Assembly: GCA_963794945.1 (NCBI GenBank)
Contig: CAWCFT010000015.1
Location: 121,454 to 185,453, forward strand
DNA length: 64,000 bases
Source: Endomicrobiales bacterium
Lineage (GTDB): Bacteria; Elusimicrobiota; Endomicrobiia; Endomicrobiales; CAWCFT01
Direction of reading: 5' to 3'
Numbering within the stretch: the stretch's first letter is position 1; the number at the start of each line of letters is the position of its first letter. Below are positions 38,414-49,964 of the stretch, piece by piece. Under the pieces are notes generated by a model. The model was not told the DNA's origin and made no database searches. It worked only from the letters and a program-made list of their open reading frames with translations. A program made the position numbers and the translations under genes.

Positions 38414-39715
38414 TTAAATTGGAGTTTTAACTGGATTAAGCTTGTCCTTAAGATCATCGCAAGCTATTAAACACCCTCTCACAACCAGTGCCAGGAAAAC
38501 CCAAAAAAATGTACCTACTTCGGTGTGTGTCCATCTATCGCCAAATAAATTTGATACCATTAGCGATACTACACACATAATGAACCCAACGCCTAATCCT
38601 TTAAGAAAGCTGTCATTTGCTGTTTTATACAGCCTCCATCCGTACATTAAGGCATATCTGAAAAGCATAAGTATTATTATTATGCCTACAAGCCCCTCCT
38701 CAGCAAGGATTTTTAGATATAAATTATGTGTATCGTGCAGTCCTCCGGGCAAATCAACATACGGAATGACATTATAGCCTACCCCGGTTAACGGATTTTT
38801 ATAAAAGAGATCCAGGCTTACTTTCCAAATATCAAGCCTCGTCTGTGAAGAAACATCAAGAGTGCCTTCTTCAGTTTTGGTTTCGCTTATCCTGTCTATG
38901 ACTGTTTGTGGCAGGAACGACTGCCAAAACAACAACAAAGCGGCAATCGGTATTAATAAAATTTTTTTATTAATAAGGGAGATAACTATTAAAGCGGCAA
39001 TTACACCTATATAAGCTCCCCTTGAATACAGGAACACAACACAGAAAAAGCCAAGGATAGCTGATATAGCAAAAAGTATTTTCGTAATAATTTTGCTTGA
39101 AGGTAATGTTCCAAAAAAGACAAAGATATAACTACCAAGGAAGGCTGCCAATTCATTCGGCCCCAAATATGAAAAAGTTCCGTTGATTCTATCTCTGTAC
39201 TGAGGTCCCGACATCCACCTGATCTGCATAAGCGTATAATAATCTATTAACAGAACCGCCATTGCCATAAAAAAGATAAGCCTTTTTATATCTTTGATGC
39301 TCTTAACATTATTTAAAACGATAAAAAATATTATAGGGAACATTATGTAATTCTTCCAATTTTGAAGACGTTCGTCCGCAAGACTGAAAGGAAGAGGTAT
39401 CTGAAGATATAAAGAGCCGAGACATAGCGATATAAATGTATAAATAATAAAAAATATTAGTACATAATTCAGGGGTGTATATTCTAACTTGAAGTTTTTT
39501 CTGGATTTGAAAAACCATCCGATAAGCATCGCGATAAGAACTATATTAATAATATCCTTCCCTAAAGGAAAGGCTTGTAATCTATCTATTACATTTCTTA
39601 AAGGTAATAAAGGGATGAGGAAAAGCAGGCCCAGATTTATTTTTCCTGCCAAGGAGAAAAGGACAACTAATATCAATCCCACAACGTATATAACAACAAC
39701 TGCTAAACTAACCAT
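38414..39715 (-). CDS. wzy: O-antigen ligase/polymerase family (Wzy-like)
   Basis: Polytopic; SRGA, R..IW and HNLYL..LAE.G. Confidence 0.8.
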   Translation of the reverse strand: MVSLAVVVIYVVGLILVVLFSLAGKINLGLLFLIPLLPLRNVIDRLQAFPLGKDIINIVLIAMLIGWFFKSRKNFKLEYTPLNYVLIFFIIYTFISLCLGSLYLQIPLPFSLADERLQNWKNYIMFPIIFFIVLNNVKSIKDIKRLIFFMAMAVLLIDYYTLMQIRWMSGPQYRDRINGTFSYLGPNELAAFLGSYIFVFFGTLPSSKIITKILFAISAILGFFCVVFLYSRGAYIGVIAALIVISLINKKILLIPIAALLLFWQSFLPQTVIDRISETKTEEGTLDVSSQTRLDIWKVSLDLFYKNPLTGVGYNVIPYVDLPGGLHDTHNLYLKILAEEGLVGIIIILMLFRYALMYGWRLYKTANDSFLKGLGVGFIMCVVSLMVSNLFGDRWTHTEVGTFFWVFLALVVRGCLIACDDLKDKLNPVKTPI

Positions 39716-40259
39716 TTATGTTCACGTGACTGTTGATTTTTATTACTTTAGCCGGTATGCCAACCACTGTAGCATTATCAGGCACATCGTGAAGAACGAC
39801 CGCATTTGCCCCTATTCTTACGTTATTGCCAACCCTTATATCGCCCAATACTTTTGCTCCTGCTCCAATATATACATTATCGCCTAATTTTGGCGAGCCC
39901 TTTTTGCCCACACCAAGAACTCCGATTGTAACGCCTTGAGCTATATTGCAGTTTTTGCCGATGATTACGTCTTTATAAACAACGATGTTGCCAAAATGCC
40001 CTATATAAAAACCAGGCCCTATGCAAGTTTCAAATGAAATTGATATGCCCGTTGTCATCTCAACAAATTTCTTTAGGAAAAAACATATAAATCTTCCAAT
40101 AGGCGCGATAACGGGGGTTGAATTCCTATTAAAGTAGGCGCCAATACGATGAACCACTATTGCCCAGACTTCTTGCGTGAACGCTAAATGAAAAAGCCTT
40201 TTTGTTAACGATTCCTTTTTATCTGAATAACTGTATCTACTAAGGTCTTCTTTGATCAT
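39708..40259 (-). CDS. Serine O-acetyltransferase-like hexapeptide acetyltransferase
   Basis: IG.G.YIGH, P.LGDNVYIGAGAKVLG, VVGIPA. Confidence 0.85.
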   Translation of the reverse strand: MIKEDLSRYSYSDKKESLTKRLFHLAFTQEVWAIVVHRIGAYFNRNSTPVIAPIGRFICFFLKKFVEMTTGISISFETCIGPGFYIGHFGNIVVYKDVIIGKNCNIAQGVTIGVLGVGKKGSPKLGDNVYIGAGAKVLGDIRVGNNVRIGANAVVLHDVPDNATVVGIPAKVIKINSHVNING

Positions 40260-40307
40260 TTTTAACCGTCCCCATACATACTTACCGCGAAGTACAAATA
40301 ATGTCAA

Positions 40308-40856
40308 TTACTTTTTACCCCAAAAATAAGCCTTTAATTGCTCAGGCCATGTTTCTCTAGGCCCATTTATTCCCATTTTTGCCCAGTTAGCAGCACATTT
40401 TTCTTTATACTCAGTGACCGAACATATAACTTTAGCAGGCACTCCGGCCACAATAGTGTCCGGAGGAACATCTTTTGTAACTACTGAACCTGCTCCAACA
40501 ATTGAATTAGGCCCTATAGTGATGTTTGGCATTAGAATACTATTTATACCTATAAAACAATTGTCTTTGATCTCGATAGTTCCATATTTATTTAAATCCG
40601 GCATTTCTTCTCTATATATCCAACAACTGCCGTCATGTGTAAGGAATATAACTCCGGCAGTGATTGTGCAATGATTCCCAATCCTTATTAAATATGGCTC
40701 AGTCCCTAAACTTAAAATGAATATTCTGTTATTTGTTCCTATTTGACACCCTTGTTTCCTGAAATAATTCTCTATCGTCATTTCATTGCAATTCATCATA
40801 TCAATCTTGTTTAATAATGCTCTGTAAATCTTCTTAAATAGAGATACCAACTTCAT
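40308..40856 (-). CDS. Hexapeptide-repeat acyltransferase
   Basis: TEPYLI.IG, THDG, GAGSVVTKD, AGVPA. Confidence 0.88.
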   Translation of the reverse strand: MKLVSLFKKIYRALLNKIDMMNCNEMTIENYFRKQGCQIGTNNRIFILSLGTEPYLIRIGNHCTITAGVIFLTHDGSCWIYREEMPDLNKYGTIEIKDNCFIGINSILMPNITIGPNSIVGAGSVVTKDVPPDTIVAGVPAKVICSVTEYKEKCAANWAKMGINGPRETWPEQLKAYFWGKK

Positions 40857-40898
40857 TTAAACCTCTTATGTATACAACTTTTAGAAAAACACGGTTTA

Positions 40899-42338
40899 TT
40901 ACGGTTTAATCAACTGTTTGATTTCATTAAATGCATCTTTATCTGTTAGATATAAGATAGCAGCAAATGGCAATACAGCTATAAACATCAAACAACCAAA
41001 TCTCAAAAATAAATTACTAATATAATGGGCATAATTGCATTTAAAAACCACCACAGCAATAAACATTACTGATGATGACAATAAAGCAGGACCAAAAACA
41101 TTAACCAAATTACTAAAGCTTATCGTGAGGTACTTTCTTATCCAGTAGATCTCAAATGATAATCTTGCCAGTGCAGCCACAGAAACTACAACTGCCACTC
41201 CATTCACCCCGAATATCTTTGCCGCTGGGATAATAAATCCCAAGAATAGGCTTACCTGGATTGATGCACTCCACAAATTTATCCTGGGTTTTCCCATCGC
41301 TAGGAATAAAGCGGATATGGGAAGAGAGATAAGGCTAAACATTCCTCCCCATGCAAGGATCTTTAAGATTGGGATAGCACTGACCCATTTATTTCCATAT
41401 GCCAGTTTCAAGAATTCGCTCCCCAACAAAAATAACCCGACACCCAAGGGGATGGCTACTATCGAAATATATTTTAAAACCTTAAGAAATGCTTTTTGAA
41501 GAGCTTCTATATTATAGCATAATCTTGTAAATGCCGGATACACCACACCGTATACCTTGTTGCCGAAATAATCCGACCCTATATTCGCGACATTAAAGGC
41601 TATTGAATAAAATCCAAGCATAGCCGTTCCTAGCAGTTTACCAACTAGGATATTATCCAAATATGTTTTTAAGAATAACAAAATTGAGGTAAGAAAAACA
41701 TATTTCCCGAAGTTGAGCATTTCTAATGCCAATTTCAGATTGAATTTAAATTTCGGTTTCCATTTAGCGGCAATCCAGATAATGGCCATATATACTAACA
41801 TCCTTAATAAGTATGCGTAAACCAGTGACCATATTCCAAATTTAAAAAATGCTAGAATTACTGCACCTGCATTATAAACCAGCGACCCGTAAAAATCGGC
41901 CATAGAAGAGTATTTAAATTGCATACGCTTATCAAGAGTAACTGCTGGTACTTTAGTAAAAGAAGTAATTACAAACATCAGGCCTAAAGCCCTTACTACC
42001 ATTACTAAGTCAGCACTATTAAGGAATACCCCTAAATATGGCGCGGAAAAATACAGGAGCGCATATAAAGACAGCCCCAAAAAAGGTATTATAAAAAATG
42101 CCGTGTTAGCGGATTCATCAAAATCCTCATTTCTTCTCATGAGCGCTGAATCGATACCTATCGTTTTAAATAGTTCAAAAGAACCTGCGACAATTATGCC
42201 AAAGGCGAATAATCCAAAAGTAGAAGGATCCAAAAGACGGGCAAGCACTATCGTTACCGCAAAAGAAATGATTCTCTGCGACACACTAGTAATCACCTGC
42301 CATTTTATACCTGATACTGTCTGTTGTTTAAGACTCAT
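40899..42338 (-). CDS. wzx: Polysaccharide flippase Wzx
   Basis: LARLL.P..FG, D..LVGK.LG...LG.YS.A; ~12-14 TM. Confidence 0.9.
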   Translation of the reverse strand: MSLKQQTVSGIKWQVITSVSQRIISFAVTIVLARLLDPSTFGLFAFGIIVAGSFELFKTIGIDSALMRRNEDFDESANTAFFIIPFLGLSLYALLYFSAPYLGVFLNSADLVMVVRALGLMFVITSFTKVPAVTLDKRMQFKYSSMADFYGSLVYNAGAVILAFFKFGIWSLVYAYLLRMLVYMAIIWIAAKWKPKFKFNLKLALEMLNFGKYVFLTSILLFLKTYLDNILVGKLLGTAMLGFYSIAFNVANIGSDYFGNKVYGVVYPAFTRLCYNIEALQKAFLKVLKYISIVAIPLGVGLFLLGSEFLKLAYGNKWVSAIPILKILAWGGMFSLISLPISALFLAMGKPRINLWSASIQVSLFLGFIIPAAKIFGVNGVAVVVSVAALARLSFEIYWIRKYLTISFSNLVNVFGPALLSSSVMFIAVVVFKCNYAHYISNLFLRFGCLMFIAVLPFAAILYLTDKDAFNEIKQLIKP

Positions 42339-44562
42339 GATCTACCCCGAATAATTTACCATAATTCGCTAATGACCCTTTGGTTATACTTAGTTCAAAC
42401 CTGTTGCCCGAGAATACTCCCGGCAGCCAGGAAAGCATTCTGGGGCTTACGCCGTATCTGCCTATCGAGAATAGAGAAAAATCCTTATTTGTTGCGGGGA
42501 ACAAAGTGCATGCGCTGCGGTAACCTGCATTTTTCAGCAAATTTACTATCTCACCATTAAAATCCTGCCCGCTGCCATTAGGATAAGCGAACATATTGAC
42601 TTCCTGGCCTGTTCGTTCCTGAATAATATTTTTTGATTCCGCTATCTCGTACCTGATGCCTTCCGGAGAAAGTGTCGTGAGTATTGAATGGCTCATCCCG
42701 TGGCTTCCAAATGTTATCCCGTGTTCTTTCATTTCATTAATCTGGGCCCAACTTAGTAAAGAAGCTGATCCAATTTCACTCGTTCCATTCGTCTTTAATA
42801 CATCTTTCAAGTAAACTGCAACCTGTTCTCTTTTGTCTTTGGGCATATACTTCATTATCCATATTAATTTCTGGCAGGCTGAAATCTTTTCCTTGTAGCT
42901 GCCAATTTTGAAAATACCGGCATCGTATTTCGTTAGGTCAATTATATCCATTGCTGAGTTATAAATAGAAAGCGCTATATCATCATACCAGAGAATAGTA
43001 TTAGTGTTAACAGACTCAGTGCTAAGAAATATAGTGGCCGGAATATTGTATCTCTTAAGAAGCGGCAACGCATTCGTATAATTATCTCTGTAACCGTCGT
43101 CAAAAGTTATAACTATTGCATTATCGGGAAGCTCTCTACCGGATCCCATGCATTCTATGGCCTGCTCCATACTTACAGGCTGGTAATGCTTCTTGAGGTA
43201 GATTAAATGCGACTCGAACATACTGACCGAGAGATTCATTGACAAAGGGTCAAATAGCTCATCGTTGATCCTGTGATAAGCAAGTATCTTAGGATATCTG
43301 GCAGCTCTTTTTATCAAAAATGCTGCTCCGGAGTATCTAGTACCGGCACCGATCAATACTTTAACAGTATCCAACAAGCATCTGCCGAACGATGTATATA
43401 TATTTTCCGCGGCGTATTTAGATTTGAAATCATATTTTTGCAAAAGCCCCTTATAGAGATCTTCTATAGAGGATATCATTTTATTTACGCTGAATGCATC
43501 GACCGCTTTCTGCTTTGCCGCATTACCCATGGCAGCATGCAGTTGCTTATCACGCAATAATCGCAGTATGCCTTCTGCAAGCGCTTTCGCATCGCACGGC
43601 GGGACTAGTATTCCCGTTATTCCGTCAATGACCGCTTCCGGCGTACCTCCGGTATTTGTGGCTACAACCGGTTTGCCGGCGGACATAGATTCTAATATTG
43701 TATTGGAGAAGCCTTCGTTTAGCGAAGCCAAAACAGAAATATCAAGGATCGACAATATTTCAGGAGTGTTCGTGAACTCACCCGTGAAAATAACGTTATT
43801 TTGAATACCTAGTGAATATACCAGCTCTTTCAGCTCATCGAGATACTTGTAATCTTCGGGAGTGCCTATGATCAGGAAACGTGATTCAGGAAATTCTTTC
43901 GTAACTATGGAGGCCGCTTCAATAAAGTACCTGTGCCCTTTAACCTTCCTCAAAGCCGCGAGTATGCCTACCACAGGTATATTATTGTCTATACCGAGCT
44001 TCCTTCTTGCCTCCGTCACCGGAATTACTGAGCTATATTTACCAGTTTCAACACCGTTGTGGATCGTTATTATCTTGGAACTAAGAGTGTGTTCTCTTTT
44101 AACTATTATCTCCTTTACGGCATCGGATACGGCAATAATCCTATCGAACAGCCTATTGATTATTCTGTACAAAAATATATGCCTTTTAGTCAGCCGGTAC
44201 CCCATATCCCTTCTGCTGGAAATAACTACCGGGATACCCGCCAGCCGGGCAATTACACCGCCGTAAAAATCTGAACCCTCATGATATGTGACTACTATCT
44301 TTATATTTTCCTTCTTCATGAAACGTAATAGTTTTAACGCCTTTATAAACGCGCCGGGCGAATATATCTGTTTGATTTTCAAGTCATAAGCCCTTATATT
44401 CTTTTCACTGAACAGATGGTTCGCGTATCCTGAATGCAGAGTAAAAATAATAGGTTCAAATCTATCTTTATTGGCCAGCGTTGACACCTCCAGGAGGTTT
44501 TTCTCGGCACCTGCGAGTTTATTAAAAATATCGATCATATACAGGACTTTGACTCTATTCAT
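42328..44562 (-). CDS. GT4 glycosyltransferase fused to a polysaccharide deacetylase
   Basis: EGFSNTILESM (GT4), then YHRI, TFDDGY, SHG..H and FAYPNG. Confidence 0.88.
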   Translation of the reverse strand: MNRVKVLYMIDIFNKLAGAEKNLLEVSTLANKDRFEPIIFTLHSGYANHLFSEKNIRAYDLKIKQIYSPGAFIKALKLLRFMKKENIKIVVTYHEGSDFYGGVIARLAGIPVVISSRRDMGYRLTKRHIFLYRIINRLFDRIIAVSDAVKEIIVKREHTLSSKIITIHNGVETGKYSSVIPVTEARRKLGIDNNIPVVGILAALRKVKGHRYFIEAASIVTKEFPESRFLIIGTPEDYKYLDELKELVYSLGIQNNVIFTGEFTNTPEILSILDISVLASLNEGFSNTILESMSAGKPVVATNTGGTPEAVIDGITGILVPPCDAKALAEGILRLLRDKQLHAAMGNAAKQKAVDAFSVNKMISSIEDLYKGLLQKYDFKSKYAAENIYTSFGRCLLDTVKVLIGAGTRYSGAAFLIKRAARYPKILAYHRINDELFDPLSMNLSVSMFESHLIYLKKHYQPVSMEQAIECMGSGRELPDNAIVITFDDGYRDNYTNALPLLKRYNIPATIFLSTESVNTNTILWYDDIALSIYNSAMDIIDLTKYDAGIFKIGSYKEKISACQKLIWIMKYMPKDKREQVAVYLKDVLKTNGTSEIGSASLLSWAQINEMKEHGITFGSHGMSHSILTTLSPEGIRYEIAESKNIIQERTGQEVNMFAYPNGSGQDFNGEIVNLLKNAGYRSACTLFPATNKDFSLFSIGRYGVSPRMLSWLPGVFSGNRFELSITKGSLANYGKLFGVDHES

Positions 44563-45673
44563 GCCAGGACTTCCTTCTTTGCTATAAATGATCTTAAACC
44601 TTTTAGCAACGGGATTATATTGCTCTCAACGCGATAAAGCGCATTGCCTAGAATGCTATCGTTAAAAACGATATATTTTACATGCTTTCTGGCTATGTTT
44701 GTCCACATCCTCTTATATGCATCATTGTCACCTAGAAAATCATACTCGGACTTTCCTTTATCAAAACTGTCCCTAACCGCGTTTAGGCTGATAAATACTC
44801 CAGGCGCATATTTTGAATATTCCTTATCATAACCCACCTTTAACATATATGTTTTATTATTGAACATCAGGCTAAAATCGAACGCTGCAGGCTTAGAATC
44901 TATTTCCAGCACCCAGATGCTTAGGCTATTCTTATCTGAAAATACTTTTGCCAGCTCTTGATAGAACTTTATATTTTCCTTACTGCTGGCTATAGCTGTG
45001 CCGGCATCATATTTCCACGTTTTTCTTGATATCGCCAATAGATCGTCGATTACTTTACCTGTCTTATCAACAGTATATTGTGTTATTTGATATTGATCGA
45101 TTTTGTTATAAATATTCCTTGTGCGGTTAATTTTCTGGCGTAAATCTTTTTGAACAGTTTTCAGATATTCTTCCCATGTCTGGTCAATTTTAATGAATGG
45201 CGATGTAATGGAACCTCTTTTAACGTATTTCACTTTCATTTCATTTAGAATATCAAAAATTAACGCATTATTTTCTGAAACTTCAGAAATAAAATCAAAA
45301 AGATATACATCGATATCAGATATTTTGCTAAATATATGACCTAAGACAAGACCAAGACATCTTTCCTATTTTTGGGGAATATAAATCCCGACCTGTTTGA
45401 ATGATAATTAGCTATAAACGTGACAGCCTTTAAAGGCACTCCCCTGTGTTTTATCTTGGTTTTCATCAATGGAGCGATACCGATAACCGCGCTGTCTTCT
45501 TTTGCAACCAGTATTTGCAGCTCACTGCCATGTCCAAAACTTTGCCACCAACATGATATCCATTCAAATGCCAAAAATGGATGGTCAATTCCTGCCTTTG
45601 CAGCCATATCATTCCATATTGGTTCCAGCGCGGTCAGGCCCTGAAAAGTTGTTACAGTTTCAATAATTATCAT
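44559..45673 (-). CDS. CelD/BcsL-type GNAT (Acetyltransf_6), frameshift near 45345
   Basis: PF..FEW...WW, GIAPL, GYD.EY...APG, DFLG....YK..W. Confidence 0.8.
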
Positions 45674-45678
45674 ATTTT

Positions 45679-46779
45679 TCAGACTTTTAGATCCGTTATT
45701 GCCTGTCTTTTAAATAAATACCTGGCGCTATTCGCAAAAATGCTTTCAAATAAATATAAAAAAAGGCCCCAAACCGACTCTTTATAAATAAAATATTTTA
45801 TGTGCGGCCGGACTTCCGAAGTCCAATGCATTTTATATTCGTTATTTTCGCCCATCCAGTCATATTCGTTGAAATTACTGTTGAAATAGTATTTCAAGGA
45901 TATAGCATTTAAATGTTCACCGGTTGATATTTCCGCATAAGATTTATCATAACCAGAGAGAAGAGCGAATATTTTACTGTTAAAAATAATGTCATAATTG
46001 AAAGAAACGGGTTTGGATTGGATTTTCAATACCCATATCGTTAACCATCCTTTAGCAGCGAATTCCTTTGCTAACTGCCTGTAAAACAATGAATTATCCT
46101 TTGCATTGGCAATTGATATCCCTTCATCATATTTCCAGCTGTTTTTTGATATTTCAATTACTTCATCAATAGCTTTATCTATGTCTTTGTCAGTGTATAT
46201 CGTTATTTCGGCGTTACTTAATGCCTTAGACGCGCGCCTAAGCTTATACCTCTGTTTTTTTGACATGGACTTTAGATAATCTTCCCACCCGCAGTTGATC
46301 CTTGTGAAAGGTGAAGATTGGGACTGCCTTTTAATAAAATGCGTCTTACTGTTCTCAACGATATCGGACAATATGCGGGTTGTTTCGGAATCTTGTGACA
46401 TATAATCAAACAGTAAATGCTCATTAAAAGATAATCGTAAATAATCTATCATGGCCTGCAGGACTTCCCGCTTTTTTTTGATTAATATGAAATCATTCCG
46501 CAGTGAGTGAAATACCCCTATCGAAGTGATAACCCTTATTTTAGACATTCTGTAAGGGACTGAAGACTTCATTAAAGGCGCTATCCCGATGATCTCGTTA
46601 TTTTCGCGCGCTATCAATATCAATAGATCATTTGAATGCCCAAAGGCTTGCCACCAGCAGGAAATCCACTCAAAAGTTAGTGACGGATGTTTTGAATCAC
46701 TTAAATCCAAACATAGATTCCATTCATTTTGTAGTGATTGAAAATTAGAAAATGATGTTATAGCCTCAATTTTTATCAT
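45679..46779 (-). CDS. CelD/BcsL-type GNAT
   Basis: Same motif set as its paralogs. Confidence 0.85.
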   Translation of the reverse strand: MIKIEAITSFSNFQSLQNEWNLCLDLSDSKHPSLTFEWISCWWQAFGHSNDLLILIARENNEIIGIAPLMKSSVPYRMSKIRVITSIGVFHSLRNDFILIKKKREVLQAMIDYLRLSFNEHLLFDYMSQDSETTRILSDIVENSKTHFIKRQSQSSPFTRINCGWEDYLKSMSKKQRYKLRRASKALSNAEITIYTDKDIDKAIDEVIEISKNSWKYDEGISIANAKDNSLFYRQLAKEFAAKGWLTIWVLKIQSKPVSFNYDIIFNSKIFALLSGYDKSYAEISTGEHLNAISLKYYFNSNFNEYDWMGENNEYKMHWTSEVRPHIKYFIYKESVWGLFLYLFESIFANSARYLFKRQAITDLKV

Positions 46780-46831
46780 ATCTTGGCATTTCGTGCTAAT
46801 CCAAACCAAACTTTATAAAACACTTAAACCT

Positions 46832-47962
46832 TCAGTTTATAGTATCTCTGCCTTTAAAGACCATCTTTAAAACGCGAATAATCTTCGTATCAATGAAATT
46901 TACAAGTTTCCCTTTGACAGTATTGCTATATATATAATATTTTCGGTGCGCCCTGCAGCCGGAAGCTAGCTGCATTTTAAAACGCTCTTCTTTCCCTAGG
47001 AAGTCATATTGCCTGAAACCACTGGCAAAGGCTGCCTTCATGGACTGGCTGATAAGCAATAGCCCCGGCGAAAATCTGCCGTACTTCTCATCATACCCTA
47101 TCTGCATCGCATATACGGTATCTTTGTATTCCAGATCAAATTCAAAAGCTATTGGGTTATCATTAAAAGTCAGTATCCATATTCTGAGCCAACCATTCTG
47201 AGACAGTGTCTTTAGCATCTCAGTAAAATATGCGGTTCTTTGTTTACTTGCGTTGATCGCGCCTTTTGAGTTCGATTTCCATGATCGTTTTAAAATATCA
47301 AATATATCTAAAATGGCTTTCTCCGTATTTTCGTTACAATATTGTATTATTTCGTACTTCCCGGCCTTATTTATCATATTGTTCTTATAGTTTATATTTG
47401 AACGTAGGTGTTTTGCTTTTTTTTTCAGGTAAGTGTCCCAATCTCCGGCAATGTTTATGTACGGAGAATTATCGCCTGCCATCTCTTTATACCCAGTGCC
47501 GCGTCTTTTCAGTTCTTCATGAATAAGGATATCTGTATCACTGTCTTTTACTACAAAATCAAAATATGCCAGGTCAAACCTATACTTTTTTTTATCCAGA
47601 TATTCGAATACTGATCTAAGAACTTCGCTGCTGTCGCCGGTTAATATCATTCCAGTCCTGATAGAATTGTGATTAGCCATAAATTCAACAACCTTAACCG
47701 GCAACCCCCAAACTTTCATTGTACCTCTTTTAAGCGGAACTATGGCCCTTATACCTTCATCACCGCCCACTGCCAGTATCAGCATCTCGCTTTCTTTGCC
47801 ATAGATCTTGTGCCAAAGATCGAACCACTCAAAAGTCATGAAAGGGACATCCATTCCGCTCTTGGCCAGTAAAGTATTCCACACGGGCTTAAGAGACATA
47901 AACCCGCTGTATGTTTCTATAGCTTCTACATGCAGTCCGCTAATTTGATTCACCTCCAGCAA
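46832..47962 (-). CDS. CelD/BcsL-type GNAT
   Basis: PFMTFEW, GYDEKY..FSPG, DFLG..E.FK. Confidence 0.85.
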   Translation of the reverse strand: MLEVNQISGLHVEAIETYSGFMSLKPVWNTLLAKSGMDVPFMTFEWFDLWHKIYGKESEMLILAVGGDEGIRAIVPLKRGTMKVWGLPVKVVEFMANHNSIRTGMILTGDSSEVLRSVFEYLDKKKYRFDLAYFDFVVKDSDTDILIHEELKRRGTGYKEMAGDNSPYINIAGDWDTYLKKKAKHLRSNINYKNNMINKAGKYEIIQYCNENTEKAILDIFDILKRSWKSNSKGAINASKQRTAYFTEMLKTLSQNGWLRIWILTFNDNPIAFEFDLEYKDTVYAMQIGYDEKYGRFSPGLLLISQSMKAAFASGFRQYDFLGKEERFKMQLASGCRAHRKYYIYSNTVKGKLVNFIDTKIIRVLKMVFKGRDTIN

Positions 47963-49061
47963 CGAACATTGCTTTTAAAAACATTTTTATATGGAACAGA
48001 TTCATGACTAAACAGGATAGTGGAGATTTATTCCAAACAATCGTTTCCGAACTTTGCCTAAACTGCCTTGTCCAGTGAAACTTATATGATTCGCGTCCTC
48101 TGAGGAAATCATACTCCGATAACCCTCTTTGAATTGCTTCTCTTATCATGTTCCCAATTAGAACTGCCCCCACACCATATTTATTAAAAGATATATCAAT
48201 TCCTGATTGATAATAGTAGGCTTTCCCTTGATATTGAAACGCATACTGAACCGCAACAATTCTTTTGTTTGCCTTAAGAATGCCCAGCATCAGCCAGCCT
48301 TTTTTTAAAAAGATAACAGCTAGCTTCCTGTGGAATTTCCAGAAAGGCGAGCTCATAGAACTTCCTGTTTCTTTTTTATCAACCATTCGCTTCTTGTGAA
48401 GTTCTTCTAGCGCATCAAACACAGGCTCAAGTTGAGACCAGTCTTTCAAGATTGAGAATTCAACATCATAGTCCTTGGAAATATTGCGTTCTTTTCTTCT
48501 GATAGAGTACCGGGCCTCCGGAGACAACGAAGCGAGGTAATTCTCCCATGACCCCGGCAGAACAAGGTAAGGGCTTATATTTTCCAGGTCCTTAACAACA
48601 TCAAAATTATACTTTCCTTTAAAAACTGATGATATCACATCCGTAAATTCATCGTCCAATGTCATATCCCCGAATTTCAGTATATCCCATTTAACAGATT
48701 CGGATATTAATAGGTTAAAGACTTCTTTTCGGAAATTATTTCTATATTCTTTCAACGCAAAAATGTTCAAATGGTCAGGTAGCGACTCATTTCCCGAACC
48801 AATGAATCCAACGCTTTTCAACCTAATACCGAACACACTGGCATAACTCTTCATCAATGGGGCAATGCCCACAAGTTCGCCATCGTTATACCCAAGTATT
48901 ATTAGAAGCTCTTTATTGTCTTTGAATTCATCCCACCAGTTCTTTATCCATTCCCATGTTAGGAAAATAGTATTATTATTCGTTTTCGCGAGCAAATCAT
49001 CCCACTGGCCGCTAAGCCCAGCAAATTGCTCATAAGAATTTACTATCTTCGTTGTTAACAT
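47940..49061 (-). CDS. CelD/BcsL-type GNAT
   Basis: FLTWEW...WW, GIAPL, YYQSG, DFLRG.E.YK..W. Confidence 0.88.
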   Translation of the reverse strand: MLTTKIVNSYEQFAGLSGQWDDLLAKTNNNTIFLTWEWIKNWWDEFKDNKELLIILGYNDGELVGIAPLMKSYASVFGIRLKSVGFIGSGNESLPDHLNIFALKEYRNNFRKEVFNLLISESVKWDILKFGDMTLDDEFTDVISSVFKGKYNFDVVKDLENISPYLVLPGSWENYLASLSPEARYSIRRKERNISKDYDVEFSILKDWSQLEPVFDALEELHKKRMVDKKETGSSMSSPFWKFHRKLAVIFLKKGWLMLGILKANKRIVAVQYAFQYQGKAYYYQSGIDISFNKYGVGAVLIGNMIREAIQRGLSEYDFLRGRESYKFHWTRQFRQSSETIVWNKSPLSCLVMNLFHIKMFLKAMFVAGGESN

Positions 49062-49087
49062 ATCTTTTTATGGTCAATAAATAAAGG

Positions 49088-49831
49088 TTACAAAATAACT
49101 CTATGGAATTCATCATATGGATTGCAATTAGGTGTCATTTTAATGCGTATGCCATAGATTGAACGTTTTCCTTCTTTAGAAAATATCCACTTAATATAAA
49201 TTCGTAATATACCCAAAAGACGCAGATACATTATTTGTTCGATAATTCTAGCCCCGTATTTAATATTTGATTGTATTGATCTGTCATTTACGGCATCAAT
49301 ATACGAAAATATATTCTTAGTTGAATGCTCAATAGCATACTTTCTGGTTTCTTCAGTTAAATTAACCCACATGTTGCTTAGCCGGTATTTTGGGTCAATA
49401 TAAGTCCAAAGCAGCAGCGCACTATTTTCTGGGAATTTTATCAGATAATCATCTTCAGGGATAAGATAATCAGGCTTCAACCTTATCCACTTCATTCCTG
49501 CGATTTTCTCGTCAAACTCTGCGATTATGCCAATATCTCCGTTTTTGAGCTTATCTTCGTATGAATTCCCTTGATAATCCAACTCGTTTAGCTTAGGGAT
49601 ATCAGTTATATCTGCTACCCTAAATTTAAACATGGTAGATCTTTTACTAATTTTTTGCGGGACATCGCCCCATACTAAGATATAAAAGCGGTCATAAACA
49701 AATATAGGGCGTAATATGGAGAACGATACTGTATTCAATATAAGCTCAAATAACCTGCCTATTCTACCGGTTTTTATAATATTGACGGCTTTTTTGATAT
49801 TATTCTTACTGAATATACTTACAATTACCAT
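49088..49831 (-). CDS. GNAT-fold protein of a different subfamily
   Basis: YIDPKYR ... N..S......G GNAT motifs. Confidence 0.6.
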   Translation of the reverse strand: MVIVSIFSKNNIKKAVNIIKTGRIGRLFELILNTVSFSILRPIFVYDRFYILVWGDVPQKISKRSTMFKFRVADITDIPKLNELDYQGNSYEDKLKNGDIGIIAEFDEKIAGMKWIRLKPDYLIPEDDYLIKFPENSALLLWTYIDPKYRLSNMWVNLTEETRKYAIEHSTKNIFSYIDAVNDRSIQSNIKYGARIIEQIMYLRLLGILRIYIKWIFSKEGKRSIYGIRIKMTPNCNPYDEFHRVIL

Positions 49832-49964
49832 GTTCTTACCGCCATATTTCTTTTTTCATTCCACTAAAGATAATTTAATCTGATTATGGCTATTATACGT
49901 ATGTCCAAAAAGTTACAAATCAGCCCAATATTATTAGAATCTAAGTTACTTGTGATTACTAATT

